Assembly: GCA_965212015.1 (NCBI GenBank)
Contig: OZ243037.1
Location: 1,184,001-1,248,000 of the forward strand
From: Cenarchaeum sp.
Lineage (GTDB): Archaea; Thermoproteota; Nitrososphaeria; Nitrososphaerales; Nitrosopumilaceae
Direction: 5' to 3'
Length of the DNA: 64,000 nt
Of the stretch, positions 21,401 to 32,022 are shown one piece after another. The translations under genes were made by a program, and so were the position numbers. Each line of letters starts with the position of its first letter. Position 1 is the first letter of the stretch. The notes under the pieces are model-generated. The model was not told the origin of the DNA and ran no database searches. It saw nothing but the letters and a program-made list of their open reading frames with translations.

Positions 21401-22492
21401 GTGGATAAAAAACAGCTGAGAACGGGATTTACCACCGGGACGTGCGCTGCGGCAGCATCCAGGGCTGCTCTTCTGGCGCTGGCAGGACAGCGCAGGATAG
21501 AGTCGGTGCCCGTGATTCTGCCAAAGGGATCCGTGGTGGATATGGCAGTCAACAGCTGCCGGTTCTCTGCTGACGGGGCCGTGTGCTCTGTGATAAAAGA
21601 CGGGGGCGACGATCCGGACGTCACCCACGGCGCTGAGATTTTTTCAAGCCTGTCGCTGACGGAATCGGCAGGCGGAATCGAGATAGACGGGGGCGACGGG
21701 GTGGGAACGGTGACAAAACCCGGCCTGGGCCTGGAGATTGGCAAGGCCGCGATAAATCCCACGCCCAAAAAAATGATTCGTGAGAACATCCGGGCGCTCG
21801 GGTGCGGCATTCTCGAAAAAAACGGCGTCAGAATAGTCATCTCGGTTCCAAGCGGCCGCGAGCTTGCGCCCAAGACGGACAATCCCAGGCTTGGAATCGT
21901 CGGCGGCATATCGATTCTCGGGACAAGCGGCATAGTGATCCCGTTTTCCACTGCGGCATATGCGGCATCAATACGCCAGAACATAGACGTGGCAGTGGCC
22001 ATGGGCGACGCAGACGTGGTCCTGACGACCGGCGGGCGAAGCGAGGATTTTGCAAGAAAAATAATCAGTCTTCCGGACCACTGCTTTGTCCAGATGGGTG
22101 ATTTTTCCGGGTACGCCATACAGCAGTGCGCAAAAAAGCAGATAAGAAAGGCGTTTGTCGCAGGCTTTGTCGGCAAGCTGGCAAAGATGGCGACAGGGAC
22201 AAGGCAGACGCACCTGAAAGGCTCCAAGGTGGACATGGGTTTTCTGGCCGGGCTGGCAGAAAAGGCCGGCGCGTCAGGCGACACGATACGGAGGATCAGG
22301 GATGCGGCCACTGCAAGGCACGTCCTTGAGATCATCCAGGAGGCCAAAAACTGCGAATTCTTTGGGCTCGTATGCGAGGAGGTGTGCCGGCAGATGCAGG
22401 CCCACTCAGATGGCAAAGTCTGCATCGAGGTGATCATGTTTGATTTTGACGGGGCGGTGCTTGCCAGGTATTCCAGGCCAGAGACCGGCTAG
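21401..22492 (+). CDS. cbiD: Cobalt-precorrin-5B C1-methyltransferase
   Basis: LRTGFTTGTCAAAA, KDGGDDPDVTHG, GGISILGTSGIV motifs. Confidence 0.97.
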   Translation: MDKKQLRTGFTTGTCAAAASRAALLALAGQRRIESVPVILPKGSVVDMAVNSCRFSADGAVCSVIKDGGDDPDVTHGAEIFSSLSLTESAGGIEIDGGDGVGTVTKPGLGLEIGKAAINPTPKKMIRENIRALGCGILEKNGVRIVISVPSGRELAPKTDNPRLGIVGGISILGTSGIVIPFSTAAYAASIRQNIDVAVAMGDADVVLTTGGRSEDFARKIISLPDHCFVQMGDFSGYAIQQCAKKQIRKAFVAGFVGKLAKMATGTRQTHLKGSKVDMGFLAGLAEKAGASGDTIRRIRDAATARHVLEIIQEAKNCEFFGLVCEEVCRQMQAHSDGKVCIEVIMFDFDGAVLARYSRPETG

Positions 22493-22702
22493 GCTGTGCC
22501 CGGTCCGCGCGGGTTTTGCACGCATGCCATAACAGGGTTTGAATCATGCCGCTACACTGACAGATGCCGTGATACAGTCCGGCTGCGGACGGGTGCAGGT
22601 AGTGCTGCTGCGGATTTGCGCAGACAGAATGCCGGTATGGGTGGCGGGTTTTTTCCATTGCCGGTCAGTAAGGTATTTTATCATACATGGCAGAGTCAAC
22701 AC

Positions 22703-23752
22703 GTGGAAAACACCTCGGTTCTGGCAATCACCAGAAACGGAATACGAATCGGCCAAAAGTTGAAGGGTTTTTTTCCGGAATGGCGCATCTATGCCCCCGC
22801 AAAGCTTGCAGACGGCAGCGCCGGCACGGTCTGGTTTGACAATCCCACCTCATCGAAGCTCGAAGAGCTATTCAGGACAAGCGATGCAATAGTCTGCCTG
22901 TTCTCTCTTGGCGCAGTAGTCAGGCTGATCGCGCCGCACCTGCGCGATAAAAAGACGGATCCCGCCGTGATCGTAATTGACGACCAGGCCGGCTTTGTAA
23001 TCAGCGCGCTGTCAGGACACCTGGGCGGGGCAAACCAGCTGGCTGGCCGGATTGCCAAAAAGCTGGGGGCCACGCCCGTCATAACTACGGCCGCAGACGT
23101 CAACAAGACCATAGCAGTAGACCTGATAGGGAGGGATTTTGGCTGGCAGATTGACAATGACGAGCATGTGACAAAGATAAGCGCGTTTATGGTAAACGGT
23201 GAAAAAATAGGATTGTACCAGGACGCCGGCCAGAAGGACTGGTGGGGTGGCAGCATGCCCGGAAACGTCACCACATACGGCAGCACAGATGAGCTGCAGG
23301 ATTCGGACTCGAGGGCATTTCTGGCAATCACCGACAGGATATTAGAGCTGGACAGGCCTGCGGTGATATTTAGGCCAAAGACGCTGGTGGCGGGAATAGG
23401 GCTGCACCAGGACACAACAAAGCAGACCATCCGGGACGGACTAGACGCGTGCCTGGAAAAGTTTTCGCTCAGCCCGAAATCCGTCGCAAAGATTGTCTCG
23501 ATAAAAAAACCAAGGGATGTGGCGGGGCTGGTTGATTTTTCCGGCGAGGCGGGGATTCCGCTGGAATACGTCAAAAGAGAAGAGCTGGCAGGGGTGGATA
23601 TTCCCAACCCGTCTGAAACCGTCAGGTCGTTTGAGGGAACGCCGAGTGTTTCAGAGGCCGCAGCGATGCTTGGATCCGGCGGCCCGCTGATAGTGGAAAA
23701 ACAGAAATTCCCCCCGGATCTGACTGTCGCCATAGCGAGGGTGATGTTTTGA
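22703..23752 (+). CDS. cbiG: Cobalt-precorrin-5A hydrolase
   Basis: DKKTDPAVIVID, LSGHLGGAN, PVITTA, SVSEAAA motifs; GTG start at 22703. Confidence 0.95.
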   Translation: MENTSVLAITRNGIRIGQKLKGFFPEWRIYAPAKLADGSAGTVWFDNPTSSKLEELFRTSDAIVCLFSLGAVVRLIAPHLRDKKTDPAVIVIDDQAGFVISALSGHLGGANQLAGRIAKKLGATPVITTAADVNKTIAVDLIGRDFGWQIDNDEHVTKISAFMVNGEKIGLYQDAGQKDWWGGSMPGNVTTYGSTDELQDSDSRAFLAITDRILELDRPAVIFRPKTLVAGIGLHQDTTKQTIRDGLDACLEKFSLSPKSVAKIVSIKKPRDVAGLVDFSGEAGIPLEYVKREELAGVDIPNPSETVRSFEGTPSVSEAAAMLGSGGPLIVEKQKFPPDLTVAIARVMF

Positions 23753-24501
23753 GGCGCGGACTGTTAGTAATAGACAGGGGAAGCAGGGAGCGCGAGGTCA
23801 GAGACGAGCTAAAAGAGATCTGTGCCAGAGTAAAGGAGAGGGGAGGTTACGAGTTTTCGGATTTTTGTTTTTTGGAGGTGACGGGCCCGTTTATCAGGGA
23901 GGGAATGGAGCGCGCCCTTAGCCAAGGAATTGACACGCTGACGATCGTGCCGTATTTTTTGTACCCCGGAAAAAAGGTAAAGGCCGCCGTTACTGACGCA
24001 ATGAAGTTTCAGGCGGCGACTGGCGTAAAATTCGTCGTGACAAGGCCCATGAGCATGCACCAGACCATGGTTGATATCGTGGAGAACAGGATTACATCGG
24101 CATTAAAAAACGACAGCTCCGGCCTGCCAAAAGGCGAGATCGACGTGCTAGTCATCGGACACGGAAGCAAGGATCCCAACGCCAAGCTGTCCATACAGTA
24201 TCTGGTAGGCGGGCTAGAGCCGTCATACAGAAACGTGGAATACTGCTTTTTGGAGATCGAGGAGCCGGACATACGGCAGGGGATTGCCAAATGCGAGGCC
24301 AACCATCCAAGGGTGCTAGTCATTGTGTTTTATTTCCTCCACGAGGGCGCGCACGTAAAGCGCGACATTTACGAGGATCTCAACCCGTGCCTGGAAAAAT
24401 CCGGCCTGAACGTCCTCATCACAAGGCACATAGGGGCAGACGAAAAGATGGTCGACCTGATAATCGACAGGGCAGGCGAGGTGGAAGATGCAAACCGGTA
24501 A
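23749..24501 (+). CDS. cbiX: Sirohydrochlorin cobaltochelatase (two CbiX domains)
   Basis: FLEV...VPYFLYPG and GHGSKD...FLEIEEP...YFLHEGAHVKRDI. Confidence 0.92.
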   Translation: MRRGLLVIDRGSREREVRDELKEICARVKERGGYEFSDFCFLEVTGPFIREGMERALSQGIDTLTIVPYFLYPGKKVKAAVTDAMKFQAATGVKFVVTRPMSMHQTMVDIVENRITSALKNDSSGLPKGEIDVLVIGHGSKDPNAKLSIQYLVGGLEPSYRNVEYCFLEIEEPDIRQGIAKCEANHPRVLVIVFYFLHEGAHVKRDIYEDLNPCLEKSGLNVLITRHIGADEKMVDLIIDRAGEVEDANR

Positions 24502-25120
24502 GGGGCAGTCAATAGAGGACGCCAGCATGAGGATTATAGAGGACGAGGTGGGGGACCACCCGTACGGCAAAATGGAGTGGCCGATAGTCAGGAGGATCAT
24601 CCACTCCACGGCCGACTTTGACTTTGCGGGCAAAAACGCGGTGGTCTTTGGCGACGGGGCGGCAAGCTGCGGCATTGACGCACTTGCGCGCGGCTGCAAC
24701 ATTGTTACGGACGTAAACGGCGTGGGCGGCCTGTTCAACAAGCAGAATCTGAGGGATTTTAAAAACACCCTGATCTGCAGGATATCCGACGAGGAGACCG
24801 TCATGCTTGCCAAAAAGGAGGGCATGACGCGCGCAGAGGCCTCCATGATGCGATCCAAATCCGAGATGGACGGCGGCATAATAGTAATCGGCAACGCGCC
24901 GACTGCCCTGCTAGAGGTAATCAGGATGGTCGGCAAGGGTGTAAGGCCCGCCCTGATAATAGGAATGCCCGTGGGATTCATCTCGGCTGCCGAATCCAAG
25001 GCAAGGCTGGAGACAGTCGAGGTTCCGTTTATCACAAACAGGGGAAGAAAGGGCGGCAGCCCGTCTGCCGCTGCGATAGTCAATGCGCTATTCAAGCTGC
25101 TAAGGGAGTCACCTGCGTGA
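24488..25120 (+). CDS. cbiC: Cobalt-precorrin-8 methylmutase
   Basis: RRIIHSTADF, IGNAPTAL, GMPVGFISAAESK, GRKGGS motifs. Confidence 0.96.
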   Translation: MQTGKGQSIEDASMRIIEDEVGDHPYGKMEWPIVRRIIHSTADFDFAGKNAVVFGDGAASCGIDALARGCNIVTDVNGVGGLFNKQNLRDFKNTLICRISDEETVMLAKKEGMTRAEASMMRSKSEMDGGIIVIGNAPTALLEVIRMVGKGVRPALIIGMPVGFISAAESKARLETVEVPFITNRGRKGGSPSAAAIVNALFKLLRESPA

Positions 25121-26452
25121 GTGCCGGATGCAGCTTTCTGCAAGCCTTTGCGCCATTTTAGAGTCAAAATACAGGTGCCCGTAGGAGGCCAGTGTGTTGT
25201 GGGCCATCAGGCCGTCCTTTTTGCCCCCTATTCCCTCGCCCAGCGACATGTCATAGGCGAATCTCGAGTCCTCCGGAACCTCCTCTATCTCCGAATAGTG
25301 AAACTCGTGGCCGTGGAGTCTCTGCGATTTGGCAGCCGTTATACAGTCGCCTGATACCGTCGCCTTTGTATAGTTGAGCTTTACCCTTTTGGTCATTATC
25401 GTCCTTACGTCAAAGACGCCTGCCATTTTATAGTCGCCAGACCCGCTTGTGATGGAATCGGCAAGGTACATCAGCCCCCCGCATTCGGCATAGACCGGCC
25501 CCCCGTCTTGTGCGAATTTTTTGACGGCCGTCTTCATCCTGCGGTTTTTTGCCAGGCGTTGCGCCCGGATTTCGGGAAACCCCCCGCCGATGTACAGCCC
25601 GTCGCACCGTGGAGGCGCCGTGTCGTCGACGGGGCTAAAGAATTTTATCTCCAGTCCGGCGCGCCTCAGGGCGTCAAGGTTGTCCTGATAATAAAAATTA
25701 AAAGAGTCGTCAAGTGCCACGCCGATCGAAGCCTTTGCCGGCCTTTGCCTGCGCACCGGCGGCCCCGGCAGGGTGGGGGCGGTCTTGCAGATCTGAATTA
25801 TCTTTTTGGCGTCGACAAAGCCCGATATTTTTTCTGCGATTCTTCCGAGCTTTGATGCGGATTCCGGCGCAACAACCAGTCCGAGATGGCGCGAATCAAG
25901 CGACAGGGCGGCGTCCCTTGGAACGCATCCCACAACTGGAATCCCCAGCGGTTTGAGGGCCTGCCTGCAGAGTCCCTCGTGCCTCGGGCTTGCCAGCCTG
26001 TTGAGTATGATTCCGCGTATCCTGGAATTTCTGTGGAACTTTTTGAATCCCAGGGCGGTTGCGGCAATGGAGCGCGACGTACGGCTGGCATCCAGAACCA
26101 GAACCACGGGGGCCCTTAGGATCGATGCGACATGGTGCGTGCTAGACGCGTTGGAATCGCCGGCAAAGCCGTCAAAGTATCCCATCACGCCCTCCACTAC
26201 AGAGACGTCACTAGTAGAGCTTGCAACAAAGCTGTCCATCAGGTTTTTTTTGCCCATCAGCCAGACGTCCAGGTTCCGGGCGGGGTTTCCCGATGCCAGC
26301 TCAAGATATCCGGGATCAATGTAATCCGGGCCCACCTTGAAGGGCTGGACGGTATGGCCGAGCTTTCCCAGTGCGCAGATTATGCCGCACGAGATCGACG
26401 TCTTTCCCACCCCGCTAGAGGAGCCCGCCAGGACAAGTCTGGGTATTTGCAA
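25109..26452 (-). CDS. cbiA: Cobyrinate a,c-diamide synthase
   Basis: SGVGKT, FKVGPDYIDP, EGVMG, FNFYY, AECGGLMYL, GHEFHYS motifs. Confidence 0.96.
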   Translation of the reverse strand: MQIPRLVLAGSSSGVGKTSISCGIICALGKLGHTVQPFKVGPDYIDPGYLELASGNPARNLDVWLMGKKNLMDSFVASSTSDVSVVEGVMGYFDGFAGDSNASSTHHVASILRAPVVLVLDASRTSRSIAATALGFKKFHRNSRIRGIILNRLASPRHEGLCRQALKPLGIPVVGCVPRDAALSLDSRHLGLVVAPESASKLGRIAEKISGFVDAKKIIQICKTAPTLPGPPVRRQRPAKASIGVALDDSFNFYYQDNLDALRRAGLEIKFFSPVDDTAPPRCDGLYIGGGFPEIRAQRLAKNRRMKTAVKKFAQDGGPVYAECGGLMYLADSITSGSGDYKMAGVFDVRTIMTKRVKLNYTKATVSGDCITAAKSQRLHGHEFHYSEIEEVPEDSRFAYDMSLGEGIGGKKDGLMAHNTLASYGHLYFDSKMAQRLAESCIRHSRR

Positions 26453-26676
26453 TTCAAGCTGATACGGCCCGTTTTAATTTAAACCAATGTCCGGGAGGCA
26501 GCGCCTGCCTTGCGTCCGGCGCGCATTCTTGCATGCCGGCTTGTACCGGACTGTCCCGCGAAATGTCAGGCGTGTCAGGACATGGTGCGCGCATGGCAGC
26601 TAGCCAGACCAGCATGATGGATTATCATCCTAGAATCAATGAGGGGTTTAAATTAAAAATTATATGCGTGGTGCCG

Positions 26677-27138
26677 ATGAATAGAAAAATAATCCTTCCG
26701 CTTTTAGTTATTCTGCTTGTGCCATTCGGGCTTGCGTCAGCGGACAGCCAGGAAAAACTTGATTTTGCCGCAGGCCTCGAGGAGACGCTCTGGCACTTTT
26801 GGGCGCCGGAGCAGAACCTGGATGAGGGAAACGCCCAGCTGGCACTGGTGCATGCGACGCATCCAATTGCAGGGCTGTACGATGCAATAAAGCCGACGCC
26901 GGCCGCATCCGATCCCGCACTTGACTCCAGGGTGCTGCGTGAGATGATAAAATCAGGCGCGCCTGCATCAAAAGTCGACGCACAGATAGACTCTGTCCTA
27001 AAAGAGATCGACGGGGTGGCAGTTGTCCCAGAGTTCGGCGTCGTGGCAGTTATTCTTGCAGTGGCAATAGCCGGCATAATAATAGCTGCCCGCTCAAGAC
27101 CCGGCCTGATTTCAAATCACGTCGAATCCCGCGTTTAA
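26677..27138 (+). CDS. Short PEFG-CTERM surface protein, possibly internally deleted or decaying
   Basis: Signal peptide MNRKIILPLLVILLVPFGLASA; His/Glu-rich helical segment (EETLWH, VHATHP); VPEFG + TM + basic tail. Confidence 0.7.
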   Translation: MNRKIILPLLVILLVPFGLASADSQEKLDFAAGLEETLWHFWAPEQNLDEGNAQLALVHATHPIAGLYDAIKPTPAASDPALDSRVLREMIKSGAPASKVDAQIDSVLKEIDGVAVVPEFGVVAVILAVAIAGIIIAARSRPGLISNHVESRV

Positions 27139-27263
27139 CCGGCCAAATTAAGGGCCGCGGCTTTTCTGTGTGCGACGGCTTGTGTAACGATTCGCCGGTT
27201 CCGGATTTTAAAAATCTCATAGTGCAAATCAATGTTTTTTAAGTCACGGCGCATACTAGACGG

Positions 27264-27794
27264 GTGGAAAAAGGGCTGGTCATAGTATACACCGGGGGCG
27301 GAAAGGGAAAGACAACTGCCGCGCTGGGAATGGCGCTGAGGGCCATGGGATACGAGCACAGGGTCTGCATGATTCAGTTCATCAAGGGCTCGTGGCACTA
27401 TGGCGAGGCCGATTCGGCAAAAAAACTGGGGCCGAACTTTGAGCTAATCGCCGCAGGCATGGGGTTTGTGGGCATAATTGACGATCATAGTCCCAAGGAG
27501 GATCACCGGAGGGTGGCCCGGGAGGCAGTGGAGACTAGCCGCAAAAAGATTGCGTCTGGAAAATACAATCTGATCATACTAGACGAGATCAATTACGCGG
27601 TAAACCTGGATCTGATAAAGACAGACGACGTCGTCGACCTGATTAAAGACAGGCCAGCAGGCCTTAATCTGGTCCTTACTGGAAACCATGCAAGGCAGGA
27701 GATAGTCGGGCTTGCGGATCTGGTAACGGAGATGAGGGAGATCAAGCACCCCTACAAATCCGGGATAAAGGCGAGAAAGGGAATAGATTTCTAA
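27264..27794 (+). CDS. cobO: Cob(I)yrinic acid a,c-diamide adenosyltransferase (CobO/BtuR)
   Basis: YTGGGKGKTTAALG, QFIKG, ILDEI, LVLTG, KHPY, GIDF motifs. Confidence 0.96.
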   Translation: MEKGLVIVYTGGGKGKTTAALGMALRAMGYEHRVCMIQFIKGSWHYGEADSAKKLGPNFELIAAGMGFVGIIDDHSPKEDHRRVAREAVETSRKKIASGKYNLIILDEINYAVNLDLIKTDDVVDLIKDRPAGLNLVLTGNHARQEIVGLADLVTEMREIKHPYKSGIKARKGIDF

Positions 27795-27831
27795 GGCAAC
27801 ATTAAATTACCAAGAAAATTTTTTACAGCCA

Positions 27832-28626
27832 ATGTCCACAGAGATGCAAGAGCTGCCCGAGCAGGGCGAGATTGTCATAGTGACGGTTACAAAAATCATG
27901 GATCACGGCGCGTATGTCACGCTTGACGAGTTCAACGGAATACAGGGGTTCCTTCACGTCTCGGAGATTGCCCCGGGCTGGATAAGATCGGTCAGCAGGT
28001 TCATCAAGGTGGGCGAAAAAAAGGTCCTTCTCGTAAAGAGGGTAAACACCAAAAGATCCGACATCGACCTGTCATTAAAGCAGGTATCCAACGACCAGAA
28101 AAAGAAAAAGATTCTGGAGGTAAAGCGGTACGAAAAGGGCAGGACGCTGCTTGACGGCGTAAAGTCAAGGGCGAATCTTTCAGAGGACGACATGGACAAG
28201 CTCGAGGAAAGCCTGTACTCAAAGTTCGACTCTGTATACGACGCATTCTCGGGGATTGCCAGAAACGGAATCGCCGTGATCGGGGATTTAAAGCTGGCAG
28301 GGGCGACGCTTGCGGCCATAGAGGAGATTTGCTCAAAGATAAAGCTGCCATCAGTCGAAATCCGCGGCATTATGGAGATATCAAGCGGCAGGTCCGACGG
28401 CGTCGAGATAATCAGGGCCGTGCTGCTAGACACGCTAAAAAAGCAAAACGTGACTATAAGCTATCTTGGGGCCCCGAAATACAGGATTTCGGTAACGGCA
28501 GGCGACTTTAAATCGGCAGAGAGGGAGCTAAAGCCGCTAATCGAGCAGATACAAAAGTCCGTCGAAAAGAAAAAGGGCACGTTCCGCTTTACCAGGGAAG
28601 AGTCAAAAAAGACCAGGGAGAACTGA
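27832..28626 (+). CDS. eif2a: Translation initiation factor 2 alpha subunit
   Basis: S1 domain ([29 protein letters not shown]); YLGAPKYRI; upstream of nop10. Confidence 0.96.
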   Translation: MSTEMQELPEQGEIVIVTVTKIMDHGAYVTLDEFNGIQGFLHVSEIAPGWIRSVSRFIKVGEKKVLLVKRVNTKRSDIDLSLKQVSNDQKKKKILEVKRYEKGRTLLDGVKSRANLSEDDMDKLEESLYSKFDSVYDAFSGIARNGIAVIGDLKLAGATLAAIEEICSKIKLPSVEIRGIMEISSGRSDGVEIIRAVLLDTLKKQNVTISYLGAPKYRISVTAGDFKSAERELKPLIEQIQKSVEKKKGTFRFTREESKKTREN

Positions 28627-28781
28627 TGAGGTTCCAGCTGCGAGTCTGCCTAGAGTGCAACGCATACACCCTGAAAGAAAAGTGCCGCCTGTGCGGCGGC
28701 GATACAAAATCCGCCCATCCGGCAAAATTCTCCCCCGATGACCGGTACATGAGATACCGCCTGGCCGAAAGGTACGGCTAG
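28626..28781 (+). CDS. nop10: H/ACA RNP protein Nop10
   Basis: Not in the ORF track; translated by hand: [51 protein letters not shown]; canonical position after aIF2-alpha. Confidence 0.95.
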   Translation: MRFQLRVCLECNAYTLKEKCRLCGGDTKSAHPAKFSPDDRYMRYRLAERYG

Positions 28782-30931
28782 GGCTCCGGCGTATAGTCCG
28801 GGTTTACCTTGTAGATCAGCACCGCCGTAATCGGGCCTTGCGTCTCCCTCTCAAAGGAGGCCGACGAGTATGCCAGTGTCAGCGGGCCGGTCCCGTTTAC
28901 GGGATACTTTACGTCCTGCTGGTACACTGCCGTATAGCCCTGCCGGTACGTCTCGGACTGTTGGTTGGTTTCCGCATTGACGTATACCAGCGGCGAGAAG
29001 GCCATCATGTTGCCAAGCAGCGTGTCTTCCCAGAAATGCTTGGTTCCGCTCTGCATGTCAGGATGCAGGTATTTTTCAATCGGCTCCTCCTGTGCAATCC
29101 TGATAAACCACTGCTTTTTGCTCTCGTCTCCGCCGCCTGTAAGGATATACAGCGGAAGCGGATCATTTTGCAGCTTTGTGGCAGCAACAAAGATCAGGAC
29201 ATAGTCTGCCTCCATCTCTTGCAGTATCCTCCACGCCTCGTCCGGACTGGCAAGAAGCATCCTTGCAATTCCCTGTATTGCTATCGTGTCTATGGTGGCA
29301 TTGTCAGCCAGTGTAGTCCTCTCGCCCAGCGTGGTTATCCAGTACCCATAGTCCCACCATGACGCTATGATGGAATCCGGCGGCGTGTTGTTTTTTATCC
29401 ATTCCAGCGTGTCGGGCCAGTCCTGGACTGCAATCCGATAGTTGGTCCCGCCGTTGAGGATGGTGGGCGGAACGTCCGTTGCGCTGACCCAGTTGCCCTG
29501 CGTCGGAATCACCGTCGGGACTACCAGCAGCGCAATGACGACTGCCACAAACGAGATCTTTGTGTACGGGGAGAACGGCTTTATGGACTGTTTTTCCCGT
29601 ATGCGCGGCTTTAGCACCTCCGAGGCGAGAATCGAGAGGCCGATCGACGCAAGTACAATGACGGAGATGGACGCAAACAGCTCCAGCCGGATAAACGCCG
29701 AGCTGATGTACGCCCCGAGTATCCCGATTATCAGCGCAAAGGCAGTCATGTCCGGCGATACCCGCGTGGCGTACCGCTGCAGCGCCTTTTTGTTGTTAAA
29801 GATCAGCCACGCGCCGATTGCCGCAAAGATCATCATGACGGACAAAAAGAAGAACGACTGGGAGAGCGTCGTAGTGGCGTGCTCGGACACCGAATCGACT
29901 AGCGGATCAACTGTGGTAAGAAAGGGGTTGATTGCGTTGAGATACCTAAACGACGGCGCAGTCAGGAACTGCACCACAGAGTTGAGCATAAAGACGGATA
30001 TTCCGGCTGCAATCACGCCGCCCAGAAACACCAGCGTGTTGCGGATTCGCTTTTCCTCGCCGGAGATCCTTTGGACTATCATGCAGGCGGCCAGGCACGC
30101 CGACGATCCTATCATCAGCATGCCTCCGAATCCCGTGACAAACCCGATGCCGGGCCTCTCGGTGTTGGCCACCGCAAGAAGAAAGCTCGCGGCAAATACC
30201 GGTATTGCCCAAAAGAGAAAGTTGAGGTCCTTTCGCAACAGCGGCAGGACCAGTATGAACAGGGCTATGGGCATGACAAAGAACTGGATTCCGCCCCACG
30301 CAGACAGTCCCAGCGCAAGGATCACGCCGCCGCCTATCAGCTTTGGCAGCGCGACTCTTTTGTCCCTCGAGTTTATTCCGCTGAGAAACAGATAGACTGC
30401 AAGCATCCCGTAGAATAGTCCGAGCGGTTCGGACTTGAACCAGCCTATGGTGCCGCGGATCAGGATCGGAGTCGATACTGCAAACAAGAGCGCCGCAAAA
30501 AGGCCCGCCGTCGTGCCGCCCAGCACCCTTACCAGCGCAAAGACTATGATTGCAGTCATGGAGCCAAACACGACAGGAAACAGGATTATAAAGTCATACA
30601 GCGACGAGGAGCCGCCAAAGATAAAGTACGTATACGCCGCAGTGGCGTGCAGTACCACCTGGGATCCGCCCGATACGTTCCTGCCTTTCGGATGCCAGCT
30701 CATGTCGTCGTGCCACGAAAAGTATTCGGCAAACCCGTTGTCCACTATGAACTGCGTCGCCCTATAGTTGAAGAACGGATCAAACTCGTTTAGCTCGTAT
30801 CCGTAATCCGCCGGCTGGGAGCGCAGCATGAAGGAGATCGAGACTGCGGCGGCCAGTATTCCGATGATCAGTAGGTGCTGCAGTCGCAGCTCAAAACCCC
30901 CAATACGGACAAGCCTAACGTTGGATGCCAA
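28778..30931 (-). CDS. aglB: Oligosaccharyltransferase AglB (STT3 family)
   Basis: EFDPFFNYR, many TMs, [19 protein letters not shown] motifs. Confidence 0.95.
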   Translation of the reverse strand: MASNVRLVRIGGFELRLQHLLIIGILAAAVSISFMLRSQPADYGYELNEFDPFFNYRATQFIVDNGFAEYFSWHDDMSWHPKGRNVSGGSQVVLHATAAYTYFIFGGSSSLYDFIILFPVVFGSMTAIIVFALVRVLGGTTAGLFAALLFAVSTPILIRGTIGWFKSEPLGLFYGMLAVYLFLSGINSRDKRVALPKLIGGGVILALGLSAWGGIQFFVMPIALFILVLPLLRKDLNFLFWAIPVFAASFLLAVANTERPGIGFVTGFGGMLMIGSSACLAACMIVQRISGEEKRIRNTLVFLGGVIAAGISVFMLNSVVQFLTAPSFRYLNAINPFLTTVDPLVDSVSEHATTTLSQSFFFLSVMMIFAAIGAWLIFNNKKALQRYATRVSPDMTAFALIIGILGAYISSAFIRLELFASISVIVLASIGLSILASEVLKPRIREKQSIKPFSPYTKISFVAVVIALLVVPTVIPTQGNWVSATDVPPTILNGGTNYRIAVQDWPDTLEWIKNNTPPDSIIASWWDYGYWITTLGERTTLADNATIDTIAIQGIARMLLASPDEAWRILQEMEADYVLIFVAATKLQNDPLPLYILTGGGDESKKQWFIRIAQEEPIEKYLHPDMQSGTKHFWEDTLLGNMMAFSPLVYVNAETNQQSETYRQGYTAVYQQDVKYPVNGTGPLTLAYSSASFERETQGPITAVLIYKVNPDYTPEP

Positions 30932-31107
30932 TTGTTGTTTCAGGTCTGAAACAGCTTAATTACTCTTTTGTAAACCATTGTCATGCATGATCGCACCAGG
31001 ACACAAAATACCCGGCCCCTGTCTTGGACTGCGTTGCCCCGGCACGCAGGCGACCATGCCGGGATGGGTGCGAAAAATTTAATTCCGCCCCCGCCGGAGG
31101 TGATGCC

Positions 31108-31551
31108 TTGTCCGGATTGTACCTTAAAAGCACCGCCTTTGCAGACGGCGGGCAGATACCCAGAATGCACGGGTACAACAATGGAAATCACATCCCGCCG
31201 CTGTCAGTCGGCGGGGTCCCCCAGGGATCCGAGTCGCTGGCCCTGATAGTAGACGATCCAGACGCCCTAAAGGCGGTGGGAAAAGTCTGGGTGCACTGGA
31301 TTGCATGGAACATTCCGCCCGGCGCGTCCAGAATCGAACAGTCCGCCTGTGTGGAGGGCACGACGGACTTTGGCAAGGCCGGATACGGAGGGCCCGCCCC
31401 GCCTGACAAAAGACACACGTACTCCTTTAGGCTGTACGCGCTGGACTGCATGCTGGAGCTTGCCCATAGCGCACACAAGACCGATCTGGAGGAGGCCATG
31501 CGGGGACACATTATACAGCAGGCAGTCCTGTATGGAACATATGATCCGTAG
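31108..31551 (+). CDS. YbhB/YbcL (PEBP/Raf kinase inhibitor-like) protein
   Basis: LIVDDPDA, WVHW, YGGPAPP, HTYSFRLYALD motifs; TTG start preceded by SD-like GGAGGTGA. Confidence 0.93.
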   Translation: MSGLYLKSTAFADGGQIPRMHGYNNGNHIPPLSVGGVPQGSESLALIVDDPDALKAVGKVWVHWIAWNIPPGASRIEQSACVEGTTDFGKAGYGGPAPPDKRHTYSFRLYALDCMLELAHSAHKTDLEEAMRGHIIQQAVLYGTYDP

Positions 31552-31653
31552 CGTCCGGATCTGCTAATCATTAGATGCGCCGCAGGAATTGACGACAAGA
31601 GTGCGGCATTGCAGTTTTTCTGCCTGCGCCTTTTCCAGGAGGCGCGGTTTTTC

Positions 31654-32022
31654 TCAGCCCTCCAGGATTATGCGATCGTTTGCAACTGACAGCACGGAAC
31701 CTCCGGCGCCTTTCACCCTGCCTTTTAGCTCCGCGTCCATCGTGGCCACGATTCCGCCGTGCTTTTTTATGTAATCCAGTATTGCGGCGTCTGCAAAGTC
31801 GCCGGTGATTGCGATTCCCGCAAGGCCTCCGGCATAGTCAAGCGCCGATGCGGCACGGGCGGCCTTTTTGGAATCGCCCGAAAGCCGTTCTAGCTCCCGC
31901 AGGACTGCTGCGGGCACGGCATAGTCGAGATTTCCGATCTCCGTTTGGATTCTGGCAGTGTTTTTTATCCGGGTGTTTGCAACGTGCATCAGAAAGCTTG
32001 TATCACAGATTACCCTAGCCAA
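31654..32022 (-). CDS. PIN-domain protein (Fcf1/Utp24-like)
   Basis: ICDTSFLM, VLRELE, ADAAI, VATMDAELK motifs; canonical position after aIF2-gamma. Confidence 0.9.
   Translation of the reverse strand: MARVICDTSFLMHVANTRIKNTARIQTEIGNLDYAVPAAVLRELERLSGDSKKAARAASALDYAGGLAGIAITGDFADAAILDYIKKHGGIVATMDAELKGRVKGAGGSVLSVANDRIILEG

Noticed and set aside
22493-22702. Possible cobalamin riboswitch between cbiD and cbiG (also checked upstream of cbiA and cobO)
   Set aside because: No B12-box or GGGAA/GCCACTG core seen; a TTTTAT box just before cbiG suggests an ordinary promoter.
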